64,000 bases of DNA from an uncultured Rhodospirillaceae bacterium (GCA_900550445.1 URSF01000001.1:65720-129719); one strand, 5' to 3'. Shown: positions 17,097 through 28,042, counted from the first letter of the stretch. The notes: a model not told the origin generated them from the letters alone. A program made the numbers and translations.

Positions 17097-19640
17097 ATGA
17101 CAGATGCGAACGACAAAAAAACGAAAAGCGCTCCTCTCACTCTTTCCCGCCCAAAGCTGGAATTGAAAAAAACGGTTGACGTCAACCGCGCCCATCAAAG
17201 CTTTACGAACGGCCGTAAACCCGTTCAGGTCGAAGTGCGTAAAAAACGCTCTTTCGTCACTGACGCGCATGGCAATATTCAGGGCGTGAAAGAAGAAACG
17301 AACGCTTCCGAACTGCTGGACAGCGAAAAGGCGCATCGTCTGAAAGTTTTAAAAGACGCGATTAAAGCCGACGAAGAAAACCGCATCAAGGCTGAAGAAG
17401 AAGCCAGACAGCGCGCCGAAGAAGAAGCCCGCCGCGCCGCGGAAGAAGCCGAACGCAAAGCGAAAGAAGAAGCCGAACAAAAACGCCGCGCGGCCGAAAA
17501 TTCGCCGAAAGAAGCTCCGTCCGTTGCCGCTCCTGCCGCCGCTGTGAAAAAGGAAGAACACAAAAAGCCGTTTGCCGATAAAAAACCGGTCGCCGCTCAG
17601 CCGGCTTTGTCGCCCGAAGAGGCCGAAGCCGCTGAAAATCACCGCATGAAGACCAGTTTTAAACGCCGCGAAATGCGCGACGACGATGGCCGCGGCCATT
17701 CCCGTCGGGGCGGCGGCGAAGACAAATGGCGCGGCGGACGGGTAAATATGTCCGCTCTGATGCGCGGCGATGAGGACGAAGGACGCGGCAGAAGTCTGGC
17801 GTCTATTAAACGTGCCCGTGAAAAAGAACGCCAAAAGATGTTCGGCGCGCCGAAACCGGCCGAAAAAGTCTATCGCGAAGTCGTCATTCCGGAAACCATC
17901 ACGGTGCAGGAATTGGCTGCCCGCATGAGCGAACGCGGCGCGGACGTTGTCAAGGCTTTGATGAAAATGGGGGTCATGGCGACGATCACGCAAACGATCG
18001 ACGCCGACATCGCACAGATTATCGTCGAAGAAATGGGGCACAAAGCCAAACGCGTTAACGAAGCCGACGTTGAAGACAATCTGCGCGACGCGCCCGACGC
18101 CGAAGAAACGAAACTGCCGCGTCCGCCCGTCGTAACGGTTATGGGACACGTTGACCACGGTAAAACGTCTTTGCTGGACAATCTGCGTTCAACGGACGTC
18201 GCCGCACACGAAGCCGGCGGGATTACGCAGCATATCGGCGCGTATCAGATTACGCTGGAAAACGGTCAGAAAGTCACCTTTATCGACACGCCGGGGCACG
18301 CGGCCTTTACGGAAATGCGCGCCCGCGGGGCAAAAGTGACCGATATTGTCGTTTTGGTCGTTGCGGCCAATGACGGTATTATGCCGCAGACGATTGAAGC
18401 GATTACGCACGCCAAGGCGGCCGGCGTTCCGATTGTCGTCGCGATTAACAAAATCGATGTTCCGGGGGCTAATCCGGACAAGGTGCGCACGGATCTTTTG
18501 TCGCATGAAGTCGTTGTGGAAAGCATGGGCGGTGATGTTTTGGCCGTTGAGGTGTCCGCGAAGAAACGGATTAATCTGGACAAACTGGTTGAAGCCATTT
18601 TGCTGCAGGCCGAAATTCTGGATTTAAGGGCCAACCCGAATCATACGGCGGAAGGCGCGATTATCGAAGCCAAAATGGAAAAAGGCCGCGGATCCGTCGC
18701 CACCGTTCTGGTTCAGCGCGGAACGCTGAAGCAAGGGGATATCTTTGTCGCCGGCAGAGATTGGGGACGTGTGCGCGCCATGGTTGACGAACGCGGCCAG
18801 CGCGTAACCGAAGCCGGACCGTCTTTCCCCGTCGAAGTTCTGGGATTCCAGTCCACGCCGTCGGCCGGGGACGACTTTATTGTCGTCAATGACGAAGACC
18901 GCGCCCGCGAAGTCGCGGCGTATCGCCAGCGCAAGGAACGCGAAGCCCTGCAGGTGCGTTCGACCCGTTCCGCCGTCGAACAGATGTTTGACAAGATCAA
19001 GGCCGGCGAATCCAAAGAACTGCCCGTTGTGATCAAAGCGGACGTTCAAGGCTCCGTTGAGGCTTTGTCGGCAACGCTGAATAAAATTTCAACCGACAAA
19101 GCCAAAGTCCGTATTCTGCACGCGGCGGTCGGCGCGATTAACGAATCCGACGTGACTTTGGCCAAAGCGTCCAGTGCTCTGATTATCGGCTTTAACGTCC
19201 GCGCGAATACTTTGGCGCGCACCGCAGCCAAACGCGACGGGATCGAAATCCGTTATCATTCGATCATTTATAACGTTGCGGACGATATCCACGCGGCACT
19301 GGAAGGAATGTTGGCGCCCGAATTGAAAGAAAAGATTTTGGGCTATGCGAAGATCCGTCAGGTCTACAATATTTCCAAAGTGGGCAAAGTCGCCGGTTGT
19401 ATGGTCAAAGAAGGCATCATGAAACGCGGTGCGCATGTCCGTTTGTTGCGTTCCAACGTCGTTTACCATGACGGTATGATGGCGGCGCTGAAACGCTTTA
19501 AGGACGACGTTAAAGAAGTCCGCGAAGGCTACGAATGCGGCATGAGCTTTGAAAACTTCAACGACATTCAGGTCGACGATACGGTCGAATGTTATGAAAT
19601 TGAAGAAGTCGCCGCCAAATTGGAAGAAGTCAAACTGTAA
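17097..19640 (+). CDS. infB: Translation initiation factor IF-2
   Basis: GTP-binding domain [28 protein letters not shown]. 847 aa. Confidence 0.95.
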   Translation: MTDANDKKTKSAPLTLSRPKLELKKTVDVNRAHQSFTNGRKPVQVEVRKKRSFVTDAHGNIQGVKEETNASELLDSEKAHRLKVLKDAIKADEENRIKAEEEARQRAEEEARRAAEEAERKAKEEAEQKRRAAENSPKEAPSVAAPAAAVKKEEHKKPFADKKPVAAQPALSPEEAEAAENHRMKTSFKRREMRDDDGRGHSRRGGGEDKWRGGRVNMSALMRGDEDEGRGRSLASIKRAREKERQKMFGAPKPAEKVYREVVIPETITVQELAARMSERGADVVKALMKMGVMATITQTIDADIAQIIVEEMGHKAKRVNEADVEDNLRDAPDAEETKLPRPPVVTVMGHVDHGKTSLLDNLRSTDVAAHEAGGITQHIGAYQITLENGQKVTFIDTPGHAAFTEMRARGAKVTDIVVLVVAANDGIMPQTIEAITHAKAAGVPIVVAINKIDVPGANPDKVRTDLLSHEVVVESMGGDVLAVEVSAKKRINLDKLVEAILLQAEILDLRANPNHTAEGAIIEAKMEKGRGSVATVLVQRGTLKQGDIFVAGRDWGRVRAMVDERGQRVTEAGPSFPVEVLGFQSTPSAGDDFIVVNDEDRAREVAAYRQRKEREALQVRSTRSAVEQMFDKIKAGESKELPVVIKADVQGSVEALSATLNKISTDKAKVRILHAAVGAINESDVTLAKASSALIIGFNVRANTLARTAAKRDGIEIRYHSIIYNVADDIHAALEGMLAPELKEKILGYAKIRQVYNISKVGKVAGCMVKEGIMKRGAHVRLLRSNVVYHDGMMAALKRFKDDVKEVREGYECGMSFENFNDIQVDDTVECYEIEEVAAKLEEVKL

Positions 19641-19649
19641 AAGGGGGCT

Positions 19650-20069
19650 TTGATGCGTTCAAATTCAAAACCGGCGACACAGCGCCAGCTGCGCGTAGCT
19701 GAACAGATTCGTCATATTCTGGCCGATTGTTTTCAGCGCGGCAACGTGCCGAAGGACTTTTTGGACTGTCCGCCCGTTTCCGTTATGGAAGTCAAGGTTT
19801 CGCCGGATTTTTCGTATTGCAAAGCCTATATTTCCGTTTTGGCGATAGAACAGTCTTCGGCCGCTGATCTGGCAAAGGCTTTGAATAAACAGGCGGGCTT
19901 TTTCCGTAAGGTTTTGGGGACAAAGATCCGTCTGCGCTTAACGCCGGAAATCCGGTTTTTTGCCGACGGCGCGCAGGCTGAAGCCGATAAGATTGACGCT
20001 TTGCTGGCTTCCGAAAAAGTCCGGCGGGATCTGATCGAACGCACAGAAGAAGACGATGCCGGAAATTAA
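19650..20069 (+). CDS. rbfA: Ribosome-binding factor A
   Basis: QRQLRVAEQIRHILADCFQRG. Directly after infB. Confidence 0.9.
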   Translation: MMRSNSKPATQRQLRVAEQIRHILADCFQRGNVPKDFLDCPPVSVMEVKVSPDFSYCKAYISVLAIEQSSAADLAKALNKQAGFFRKVLGTKIRLRLTPEIRFFADGAQAEADKIDALLASEKVRRDLIERTEEDDAGN

Positions 20070-20838
20070 AGCCGTCTTTTTTGACATAGACGGAACGTTG
20101 ATCCGTTTTAGCACGCACGATATGCCTTTATCGACACACGAGGCATTGGAACGGTTACGTCAAAAAGGCGTTAAACTGTTTCTGGCAACGGGGCGCGCTC
20201 CTAAAAGTGTTGCCTTTATGCGGGATTATTTCGATTTTGACGGCGTTGTTTCTTTTAACGGTCAATATTGCTTTGATCAAACGGGCGTTTTGTTTAAACA
20301 ACCGATTCCGTTTCAATCCGTTATGTCTGTTTTGCCGTATCTGACGGAAAATCAAATTGCGTCCAGCTTTGAAACGGCGGAAGCGAATTATTTCAATATG
20401 GTCAATGAACGCGTTTATGAATTGATCCGCTTGGTCGGCGTAAACGAACCCGATCCGCAAACGATTGACGTAACGACGTTAAAGCAAGACGTTTATCAAA
20501 TGACGGTTTACGTCAACGCGCAGGAAGAAGAAGCGCTGATGCAACATCTTCCCGATTGCAAAGCGTTGCGTTGGTATCCGACTTTTGTCAATATCATCGG
20601 CAAAGACAGCGGAAAGCCGGTCGGTATTTCAAAAGTGTGCGAAAAATACGGTTTCGGTAGGGACGAAATCATGGCTTTCGGAGACGGGGGCAATGATATC
20701 GATATGCTTAAAAGCGTTGGCACGGGGATTGCGATGGGCAACGCGGCGCCGGCGGTCAAACAGGCGGCGGATTACGTGACCGACAGTGTTGATGAAGACG
20801 GCGTTTTCAAAGCGTTGAAACATTTTGAGGTGATTTAA
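20056..20838 (+). CDS. Cof-type HAD-IIB family hydrolase
   Basis: Motif I FFDIDGTL and C-terminal GDGGNDIDML. Overlaps rbfA end by 14 nt. Confidence 0.75.
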   Translation: MPEIKAVFFDIDGTLIRFSTHDMPLSTHEALERLRQKGVKLFLATGRAPKSVAFMRDYFDFDGVVSFNGQYCFDQTGVLFKQPIPFQSVMSVLPYLTENQIASSFETAEANYFNMVNERVYELIRLVGVNEPDPQTIDVTTLKQDVYQMTVYVNAQEEEALMQHLPDCKALRWYPTFVNIIGKDSGKPVGISKVCEKYGFGRDEIMAFGDGGNDIDMLKSVGTGIAMGNAAPAVKQAADYVTDSVDEDGVFKALKHFEVI

Positions 20839-20869
20839 AAAAGCTTCCCGATCGGGAAGCTTTTTTATG
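20837..20869. terminator. Bidirectional intrinsic terminator
   Basis: Perfect 9-bp stem aagcttccc-gatc-gggaagctt flanked by an A-run and a T-run. Confidence 0.75.
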
Positions 20870-20875
20870 TTTCAA

Positions 20876-21142
20876 TTAAGATTTTTCAGAAAGGGAAATC
20901 ATATAAGCTTCCGCTTCTTTGGATAAAGAAACAGTGTCTTGATCGTTTGATTGGCGATACCGAGCCATTTGTTCTTTTTTTTCATCGGTATCTTTTTGTG
21001 CCGCTTGAGCTTCTTGTTGTTCTTCGATTTTTTCCAATAAAACGTCGATATAAGAGTCCTCTTCGTCTTGTGTGGCGGAAGTTGATGAAGTCGCCGTAGA
21101 AGAAAACAAAGAAGATGTTCCCGAAATTGAAGAAACAGACAT
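20876..21142 (-). CDS. Hypothetical small acidic Ser/Thr-rich protein
   Basis: 88 aa, S/T-rich N-terminus, D/E/Q-rich core. In an AT-rich islet. Confidence 0.35.
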   Translation of the reverse strand: MSVSSISGTSSLFSSTATSSTSATQDEEDSYIDVLLEKIEEQQEAQAAQKDTDEKKEQMARYRQSNDQDTVSLSKEAEAYMISLSEKS

Positions 21143-21217
21143 AAATAAATCTCCTTACAAAAGTTGTTGATACATCTGTTAAACGGCAGAATAGTCCATT
21201 TACTTGTGAAGTTTTTT

Positions 21218-21787
21218 TTAGACGGCTGAAGCCGTTTTTTCGGCGGCGATCAGCGCATTTTCACAGGCAACGACAATCTTTTTGATTTTACTTTCATTTA
21301 ATCCGCTCAGCTCGGCCAAAGCGCGCAGATGTTCAAGACTGCCTGATTTCAAAGCATCAAAGTTAAACAATACGAAGCGCTTGATTTGCGCCTTTTTTCG
21401 GGAATGAAGTTTTTCGGAAACGGTTATTTTCTTTTTTTCCATTTCGACATAAACGGCATCGGGTGCGTAACGCCACACACCGCCTGAAATAAAGTCCGTT
21501 GTCCAACTGTAAACCATCGTCAAATTGATCAGACTGATCGGATTGAATTGAGATTTTAAAATAAAGACGAAATCTTCATACCCTTCTTTTTTTAAGATTA
21601 AAGTGGTGTTTGTGTTTGATCTGTTCAGATCGATCACGCAAGGCGTGGAACAATTCGGCATACCGTTGACATAGACTTTAGCTTCGGGGACATTAGAATT
21701 AACGCTAACGGTTTGATTTGTTCCCGAAAACACGGTTCCGCAGCCGGATAAAAACAAGATTCCGCAAGAAATAAGAAATTTTTTCAT
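21218..21787 (-). CDS. Hypothetical lipoprotein
   Basis: Signal peptide plus lipobox LSGC (MKKFLISCGILFLSGCGT). AT-rich. Confidence 0.5.
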   Translation of the reverse strand: MKKFLISCGILFLSGCGTVFSGTNQTVSVNSNVPEAKVYVNGMPNCSTPCVIDLNRSNTNTTLILKKEGYEDFVFILKSQFNPISLINLTMVYSWTTDFISGGVWRYAPDAVYVEMEKKKITVSEKLHSRKKAQIKRFVLFNFDALKSGSLEHLRALAELSGLNESKIKKIVVACENALIAAEKTASAV

Positions 21788-22150
21788 AAACTCTCCTGAC
21801 AGGTTATTAAAGGAAAACCGCCTGTTCAGGCGGTCGGAGAGTTAGAAAATCATACACGAGAATGATCGTTTTGATCTTTAATTCCCGTTTTTTTTAGGGA
21901 CGGGAATCTGAACATACATCAAAACCTCCCCGACCTAAAAAAGAAATCGGGGATATAATTCCGCTTTGCGATCATCAAAACGGATTATCGGCATTATATC
22001 TATGCCGCTCGTGTAAGAGCTTTCTACGGCTCCGCACCTGACAAGGCGCTTGATATGCGGAGGCATATCCGAAATCATCATGCCAGATCAGTAAAAAGTT
22101 GTAAACGGAAAAGGTTTTGATTATCCTCATAACAAAAAGAAAGAAGAAGT

Positions 22151-23059
22151 ATGGCTAAAAAACGTAAAGGAAATCCCGTTAACGGCTGGGTGATTTTGGA
22201 CAAGCCCGTTGATATGGGATCGACAGCGGCGGTCAGTATCGTCAAAAGAGTGTTTAACGCGCAAAAAGCCGGTCATGCCGGCACGTTGGATCCGGCGGCT
22301 TCGGGGGTGTTGCCGATCGCTTTGGGCGAAGCGACAAAGACCATTCCCTATGTGATGGACGGTGAAAAAGTGTACGCTTTTACCGTGCGCTTCGGTCAGG
22401 AAACAACGACCGATGACGCGCAAGGCGAAGTGATCGCGCAAACGCAACATCTGCCCGATGAAAAAGATCTGCTTGAAGCGATCGGTTCTTTTATCGGGGA
22501 AACGGATCAGGTGCCTCCTAAATATTCGGCGGTGCATATCAACGGTCGGCGCGCTTATGATCTGGCGCGCGAAAATAAAGACGTCGTTTTGCAACCGCGG
22601 CGGATTCGAATTGACGAATTGGAAATGCTTCACTTTTCTAAAGACGGTATCGCCGATTTTCGGATTCGTTGTTCCAAAGGAACGTATGTGCGCTCGGTTG
22701 CGCGGGATTTGGCGCGAAAAACAGGCAGTTTGGGGCATGTTATCGCGCTTCGGCGACTGAAATGTGCAAAATTTTTGGCTCAAAACGCTTTTTCACTGGA
22801 ATATCTGCGCTCATTAGAGCATAGTTCTAATTGGACTGATGTGCTTTTGCCCGTCGAGACCGTGCTTGACGACATCCCAGCACTGGCCGTGACGCAAGCT
22901 CAGGCACTTAAGTTGATGAACGGTAATTTTTTGCCCGTGTCCGAATTCGGATCCGTTCCGCAAACGGACGTGTTTCAGGCGAAAACACAAAACCGTTTAA
23001 TCGCTTTGGTTCGTGTGCAGGACGGAATGATCCGTCCCGTACGCTTGATTATTCAATAA
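22151..23059 (+). CDS. truB: tRNA pseudouridine(55) synthase
   Basis: NGWVILDKP...HAGTLDPAASGVLPIALGEATK with the catalytic Asp motif. Confidence 0.9.
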   Translation: MAKKRKGNPVNGWVILDKPVDMGSTAAVSIVKRVFNAQKAGHAGTLDPAASGVLPIALGEATKTIPYVMDGEKVYAFTVRFGQETTTDDAQGEVIAQTQHLPDEKDLLEAIGSFIGETDQVPPKYSAVHINGRRAYDLARENKDVVLQPRRIRIDELEMLHFSKDGIADFRIRCSKGTYVRSVARDLARKTGSLGHVIALRRLKCAKFLAQNAFSLEYLRSLEHSSNWTDVLLPVETVLDDIPALAVTQAQALKLMNGNFLPVSEFGSVPQTDVFQAKTQNRLIALVRVQDGMIRPVRLIIQ

Positions 23060-23079
23060 CTCGTTATTAGGAGACGACG

Positions 23080-23349
23080 ATGTCGATTACACAAGAACGT
23101 AAACAGGAACTGATTAAAGAATTTGCAACAAAAGAAGGCGACACAGGCTCGCCGGAAGTTCAGGTTGCCATTTTGTCCGAACGGATTAAAAATCTGACAG
23201 AACATTTAAAAGATCATGACAAGGATTTCCATTCCCGTCGCGGTCTTTTAATCATGGTCGGTCAGCGCCGTCGTTTGCTGGACTATCTGAAAAGCAAAGA
23301 TGTTTCCCGTTACGAAAGCTTGATTGCCCGTCTGGGTCTGCGCCGCTAA
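23080..23349 (+). CDS. rpsO: 30S ribosomal protein S15
   Basis: 89 aa. [37 protein letters not shown]-type sequence. Confidence 0.95.
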   Translation: MSITQERKQELIKEFATKEGDTGSPEVQVAILSERIKNLTEHLKDHDKDFHSRRGLLIMVGQRRRLLDYLKSKDVSRYESLIARLGLRR

Positions 23350-23367
23350 GGCGTTGAAAATTTGGTG

Positions 23368-23399
23368 AAGCCCCTTCTTTTTGATAAAAGAGGGGCTTC
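23368..23399 (+). terminator. Strong hairpin between rpsO and pnp (rpsO terminator / RNase III-type processing stem)
   Basis: ~13-bp stem gaagcccct(t)cttt..aaagaggggcttc with one bulge. No long T-run (partial terminator, read-through to pnp expected). Confidence 0.6.
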
Positions 23400-23475
23400 A
23401 TCGGATAAATGAAATTGTTTTTTTGTTGGCTCTTTTTGAATGGTCAAAAAGAGGTTGGAGAAGAAAGTAAGTATA

Positions 23476-25623
23476 ATGTCTATGTTTAAAGAATTCCGCA
23501 GGGAAATCGAATGGGGCGGGCGCACTTTGTCCGTCGAAACCGGAAAAATCGGCCGTCAGGCGGACGCTTCCGTTATTGTCAAATACGGTGAAACTGTTGT
23601 TCATTGCGCCGTGTGCGCCGCTAAAACCGTTCCCGAAGGAATGGAAGAAGATTTTTTGCCTTTAACAGTTAATTATCAGGAAAAAGCTTATGCGGCCGGT
23701 CGTATTCCGGGCGGCTTTTTCCGCCGCGAAGGCCGTCCCGCCGAACATGAAATTCTGGCGGCCCGTCTGATCGACCGCCCGATCCGGCCGTTGTTTGCCA
23801 AAGGATACTGCAATGATACGCAGGTAACCTGCACGGTGTTAAGCCATGATATGGAAAACGATCCCGATATCGTCGCCATGATTTCCGCTTCTGCCGCTTT
23901 GGCGCTGTCCGGCCTGCCGTTCTTAGGGCCTATCGGCGCCGCGCGCGTCGGATACAAGGACGGTCAGTATATTTTGAACCCGACCGTTGCGGAACGTGAA
24001 ACGTCCCAGCTGGATCTGGTTGTCGCCGGAACGTCGCAGGGCGTTTTGATGGTTGAATCCGAAGCCGGCGAATTGTCCGAAGAAGTCATGCTGGGCGCTG
24101 TCGTTTTCGGCCATGAAAAAATGCAGGCGGTGATCGACATGATCAACGGCCTGAAATCCGAAGCGGGCAAAGAACCCTGGCCGATGCCGGTTCCCGCGCC
24201 CGAATACAAGATTGTTTATGATAAATTTATGGACGCTTACGGCGCCGAATTGCGCGAAGCGTATAAGATTACGGATAAACTGGAACGTCAAAACGCCGTT
24301 GCCGATATCCGCGAAGCCGCAAAGATCAGCGTTGCCGAAAATGAAGCCGAGGCCGCCGTTGCAACACGCGTTTTCCACGAAATGGAATACCATACGGTGC
24401 GCGATGCGATTTTGGAAACGGGCGTGCGCATTGACGGCCGCGATACGAAAACGGTTCGTCCGATTACGGCCGAAGTCGGCGTTCTGCCGCGCGCGCACGG
24501 TTCCGCTTTGTTCACCCGCGGCGAAACGCAGGCGCTGGTTGTCGCCACGCTGGGAACGGATCAGGACGAACAGATCGTTGACGCTTTGACAGGTGAATAT
24601 CGTCAATCCTTTATGTTGCATTACAACTTCCCGCCGTATTCTGTCGGTGAAACGGGACGTATCGGTTCTCCGGGACGCCGCGAGATCGGACACGGCAAGC
24701 TGGCTTGGCGCGCCATTCACCCGATGTTGCCTTCCAAAGAAGAATTCCCGTATTCGATTCGCGTTGTTTCCGAAATTATGGAATCCAACGGGTCTTCTTC
24801 CATGGCGACTGTTTGCGGTTCGTGTTTGGCTTTGATGGACGCCGGCGTTCCGATGAAGGCTCCCGTCGCCGGGATCGCCATGGGATTAATTAAGGAAGAA
24901 GACGGCCGTTTTGCCGTTTTGACCGATATCTTGGGCGATGAAGATCACTTGGGCGATATGGACTTTAAGGTCGCCGGAACAAAAGACGGTGTCACTTCTT
25001 TGCAGATGGATATCAAAATCACGTCCATTACAAAGGAAATTATGGAAATCGCTTTGAAACAGGCAAAAGAAGGTCGCTTGCATATTCTGGACAAGATGGC
25101 CGAAGCGATCGCCGCACCGCGTGACAGCGTTTCCGAAAACGCTCCGCGCATTACGACATTGCAGATTAACAAAGACAAGATTCGTGATGTGATCGGCACG
25201 GGCGGTAAAGTGATTCGTGAAATTACGGAAACGACCGGCTGCAAGATTGATATTTCCGAAGACGGCCTGATTAAAATCGCATCGTTCTCCGAATCTTCGG
25301 GCGAAGCGGCTTTGAACTGGATTAAGGGGATTGTTTCGGAACCCGAAGTCGGCCAGATTTACGACGGCAAAGTCGTGAAAGTCGTTGAATTCGGGGCTTT
25401 TGTCAACTTCCTGGGGGCAAAAGACGGTCTGGTTCATATTTCCGAACTGGCGCCGAAGCGCGTCGGCAAAGTGACGGACGTCGTGAACGAAGGCGATCAT
25501 GTGAAAGTCAAATGCATCGCCATTGACAACCGAGGCAAGGTCAAATTGTCAATGAAGCGCGTCAATCAGGAAACCGGTGAAGATATGGACAATCAGGAAC
25601 AGTCTGAACAGTCTGCCGAATAA
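23476..25623 (+). CDS. pnp: Polyribonucleotide nucleotidyltransferase (PNPase)
   Basis: Two RNase PH domains plus KH and S1 domains. Probable start MSMFKEF (23476) inside ORF 23440..25623. Confidence 0.95.
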   Translation: MSMFKEFRREIEWGGRTLSVETGKIGRQADASVIVKYGETVVHCAVCAAKTVPEGMEEDFLPLTVNYQEKAYAAGRIPGGFFRREGRPAEHEILAARLIDRPIRPLFAKGYCNDTQVTCTVLSHDMENDPDIVAMISASAALALSGLPFLGPIGAARVGYKDGQYILNPTVAERETSQLDLVVAGTSQGVLMVESEAGELSEEVMLGAVVFGHEKMQAVIDMINGLKSEAGKEPWPMPVPAPEYKIVYDKFMDAYGAELREAYKITDKLERQNAVADIREAAKISVAENEAEAAVATRVFHEMEYHTVRDAILETGVRIDGRDTKTVRPITAEVGVLPRAHGSALFTRGETQALVVATLGTDQDEQIVDALTGEYRQSFMLHYNFPPYSVGETGRIGSPGRREIGHGKLAWRAIHPMLPSKEEFPYSIRVVSEIMESNGSSSMATVCGSCLALMDAGVPMKAPVAGIAMGLIKEEDGRFAVLTDILGDEDHLGDMDFKVAGTKDGVTSLQMDIKITSITKEIMEIALKQAKEGRLHILDKMAEAIAAPRDSVSENAPRITTLQINKDKIRDVIGTGGKVIREITETTGCKIDISEDGLIKIASFSESSGEAALNWIKGIVSEPEVGQIYDGKVVKVVEFGAFVNFLGAKDGLVHISELAPKRVGKVTDVVNEGDHVKVKCIAIDNRGKVKLSMKRVNQETGEDMDNQEQSEQSAE

Positions 25624-25628
25624 TTACT

Positions 25629-27044
25629 TTGCGAGAAGGAGCGTTTTCTTTGAAATCTCTTAAAAACTTACTTATTTCGGGGCGCGAAGTCCTTCCTTTG
25701 GTCGAAGGAGGAAAAGGCGTCGCCGTCAGCACCTGCAAAACGGCGGGGGCGTGGGCGGCGGAAAATGCCGTCGGAACAATTTCCGGGGTCATTCCCGACG
25801 TTGTTGATGAAAACGGCGAAATCATTCCGATGGAAATCAAAGCGAAAACGCGTCGCGAACGGTTTGAAGAACAGGTCCGTCATTCGATTGAAGGGATTAT
25901 TTCTCAGGCCAAAGTCGCACATGAGATTGCCTGCGGCAAAGGACGTATTCATATTAATGTTCTTTGGGAACAAGGCGGCGCGCAGCAGATTATTACCGAA
26001 GCTCTGGCAGGAGCCAAAGGGCTGATCAACGGGGTGACCTGCGGGGCGGGCATGCCTTACAAGCTGGCGGAAATCGCTTCTTCTTTTAAAACGTTTTATT
26101 ACCCGATCGTTTCGTCGGGCCGTGCTTTTAAGGCTTTGTGGGCGCGCGCTTATAAATCCTATGCGGATTTTTTGGGCGGCGTCGTTTACGAAGATCCCTG
26201 GAAAGCCGGCGGCCATATCGGATTGTCAAACAATGACGATCCGGCCGTGCCGCAGAATCCGTACGAACGCATTGTCGAACTGCGTCGGTCCATGTCGGCG
26301 GTCGGGTTGGAACAAACGCCGATCATTATTGCCGGCGGCGTGTGGTATTTGCGGGAATTTCAGGATTATATCGATAATCCCGAAATCGGGCCGACGGCGT
26401 TTCAGTTCGGAACGCGTTCTTTGCTGACGCGGGAAAGCCCGGTCGCCAAAGCCTGGCAGAAGGCTCTGCTGACTTTGAAAAAAGGCGAAATCGCTTTACA
26501 GCGTTTTTCACCGACCGGCTTTATGTCTTCGGCGATAAAGAACAGGTTCTTAACGGATTTGTTTGACCGTTCGGCAACGGCGATGCCTTATAAAGACGCG
26601 CCGGATGGGGATTTTCAAGTCCCGTTGAATACCGGGGCGAACAAGGTTTATGTTACCGCTGCCGACAAAGAACGGGCGGACGGTTACATTGGCGCGGGAC
26701 GCACGGTTATTTTAAAAACGAATGACGATCAGGTCGTTTTCGTAACGCCGAAAAATCAGGAATATATTCAGCGGGCGCGCGCCGACTGCATGGGGTGTAT
26801 TTCGCAGTGTCTGTTTTCCGGTTTTTGCCAGTCGTCAGAAAATCTGTCGACGGGAAAAACGCCTGATCCGCGGTATTTTTGCATTAAAGACGCTTTGTAC
26901 CGGGCGGCGCATGGTGGTTCGGTGGACGATGAATTGATTTTTGTCGGCGATAACGCCACTCGTTTTGCAACGGATCCTTTGTTTAAGGACGGGGCTTTGC
27001 CGACGGTAAAGGAATTTATCGCGAAGCTGCTGACAGGTGACTGA
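25629..27044 (+). CDS. Nitronate monooxygenase (NMO/2-nitropropane dioxygenase)-family FMN oxidoreductase with Cys-rich C-terminal extension
   Basis: PLVEGGKGVAVS, AGGHIG and IIIAGGV...GPTAFQFGTRSL NMO motifs. Extra ~130 aa with CMGCISQCLFSGFC. Starts 6 nt after the pnp stop. Confidence 0.6.
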   Translation: MREGAFSLKSLKNLLISGREVLPLVEGGKGVAVSTCKTAGAWAAENAVGTISGVIPDVVDENGEIIPMEIKAKTRRERFEEQVRHSIEGIISQAKVAHEIACGKGRIHINVLWEQGGAQQIITEALAGAKGLINGVTCGAGMPYKLAEIASSFKTFYYPIVSSGRAFKALWARAYKSYADFLGGVVYEDPWKAGGHIGLSNNDDPAVPQNPYERIVELRRSMSAVGLEQTPIIIAGGVWYLREFQDYIDNPEIGPTAFQFGTRSLLTRESPVAKAWQKALLTLKKGEIALQRFSPTGFMSSAIKNRFLTDLFDRSATAMPYKDAPDGDFQVPLNTGANKVYVTAADKERADGYIGAGRTVILKTNDDQVVFVTPKNQEYIQRARADCMGCISQCLFSGFCQSSENLSTGKTPDPRYFCIKDALYRAAHGGSVDDELIFVGDNATRFATDPLFKDGALPTVKEFIAKLLTGD

Positions 27045-27055
27045 TTTATCGACTG

Positions 27056-27082
27056 AAAAGGGAGCGTTAGCTCCCTTTTTTG
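27056..27082 (+). terminator. Rho-independent terminator
   Basis: gggagc-gtta-gctccc followed by a 6-T run. Confidence 0.8.
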
Positions 27083-27156
27083 AATCAATAAAAATAGATT
27101 GAACTCTTAAAAAAGAAGCTTTATCTTAATATAAGGAGCTTTTTACGGAGAAGAAA

Positions 27157-27567
27157 ATGAAAACAACGACACGTCCTTTTGCCTGGACAGTTGATATTTT
27201 AAGACGGGCCAAGCTGCGTCCGACATGCCAGCGCATGGGATTGGTCAAATTGCTGTTTGGCTGCGGACACCGGCATATCTGCGCCGAAGAATTGTATAAA
27301 GAAGCCAGAAAAAACGGCATTAACCTGTCTTTGGCGACCGTGTACAATACATTAAATCAATTTAAGGAAGCCGGTCTGTTGCGTGAAATTCTGACCGGCA
27401 GCGATAAAGCTTATTTCGATACGAATTTAACGCCTCATTTTCATTTGTTCTGTGAAGAGGACGGCCGTGTGGAAGATTTGCCTGCAGAGCAGATAACGGT
27501 TTGCTTGTCAGAAGATTTGTTAAAAAATACGGCTGTCAAATCCATTGACGTTGTCGTACGGATTTAG
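27157..27567 (+). CDS. Fur-family metalloregulator (Fur/Irr/Zur-like)
   Basis: RPTCQRMGLVKLLF...HICAEELY...LSLATVYNTLNQFKEAGLL winged-helix Fur signature. HFHLFCEEDG metal-site-like. Confidence 0.75.
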   Translation: MKTTTRPFAWTVDILRRAKLRPTCQRMGLVKLLFGCGHRHICAEELYKEARKNGINLSLATVYNTLNQFKEAGLLREILTGSDKAYFDTNLTPHFHLFCEEDGRVEDLPAEQITVCLSEDLLKNTAVKSIDVVVRI

Positions 27568-28041
27568 TTACTCAAACACTTCGTCGGGATAAACGCCCCA
27601 CAGCCGGTCTTTGAAAATCCACCCTTGAAAATGGTCGAATTCGACTTTGCACAGATTTACCCCGGCAGGGCACAGCATCAGCCGGCCGACAGCGCCGGAT
27701 TCAATTTTGGCCAAAGGCAGAGCGTTTTGACTGGCCGCGCGTAAAAGCAGACTTTCCCGTTTAAGACGCACGGTCCTGCGTCCGGACAGCATCGGCTGGT
27801 AAATCCAGCCTTCTTTGCCGTTGAAATCTTTTATTCTGCGCCATGTTTCAAATTCTGCCGTTATTTCGACGGGCAGATCGCTTTTTAAATACACCCATTC
27901 GACCGGATAGCGAAATCCGGGGCCCGTGCGCAGATTGACCTGATTGGATCGCAGAGAAACAAAGCGCGGCAGCGGCAGGCCGGTTTGCGCCTGAACCGAG
28001 CCGGTAAAAAGAAAAATAAAGAAAAAAAACAATAAAAACAT
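27568..28041 (-). CDS. Secreted bacterial SH3-like domain protein
   Basis: Signal peptide. NLRTGPGFRYPVEWVYLKSDLPVEI SH3b-like pattern. Confidence 0.5.
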   Translation of the reverse strand: MFLLFFFFIFLFTGSVQAQTGLPLPRFVSLRSNQVNLRTGPGFRYPVEWVYLKSDLPVEITAEFETWRRIKDFNGKEGWIYQPMLSGRRTVRLKRESLLLRAASQNALPLAKIESGAVGRLMLCPAGVNLCKVEFDHFQGWIFKDRLWGVYPDEVFE

Positions 28042-28042
28042 G

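Noticed and set aside
17349-19469. Multiple minus-strand ORFs (17349..18158, 18624..19049, 19089..19469)
   Set aside because: Antisense to infB. No motifs.
20876-21142. FlgM (anti-sigma-28) identity for the acidic S/T-rich 88-aa protein
   Set aside because: Only the short motif DTVSLSKEAEAYM resembles FlgM's VTLSDAQAKLM, and it sits at the extreme C-terminus. The conserved FlgM C-terminal helix region is absent. No flagellar genes in the window.
22127-22783. 218-aa minus-strand ORF
   Set aside because: Lies entirely antisense within truB, which has unambiguous motifs. Typical high-GC antisense ORF.
23923-25500. Minus-strand ORFs 23923..24720 and 24886..25500
   Set aside because: Antisense to pnp.
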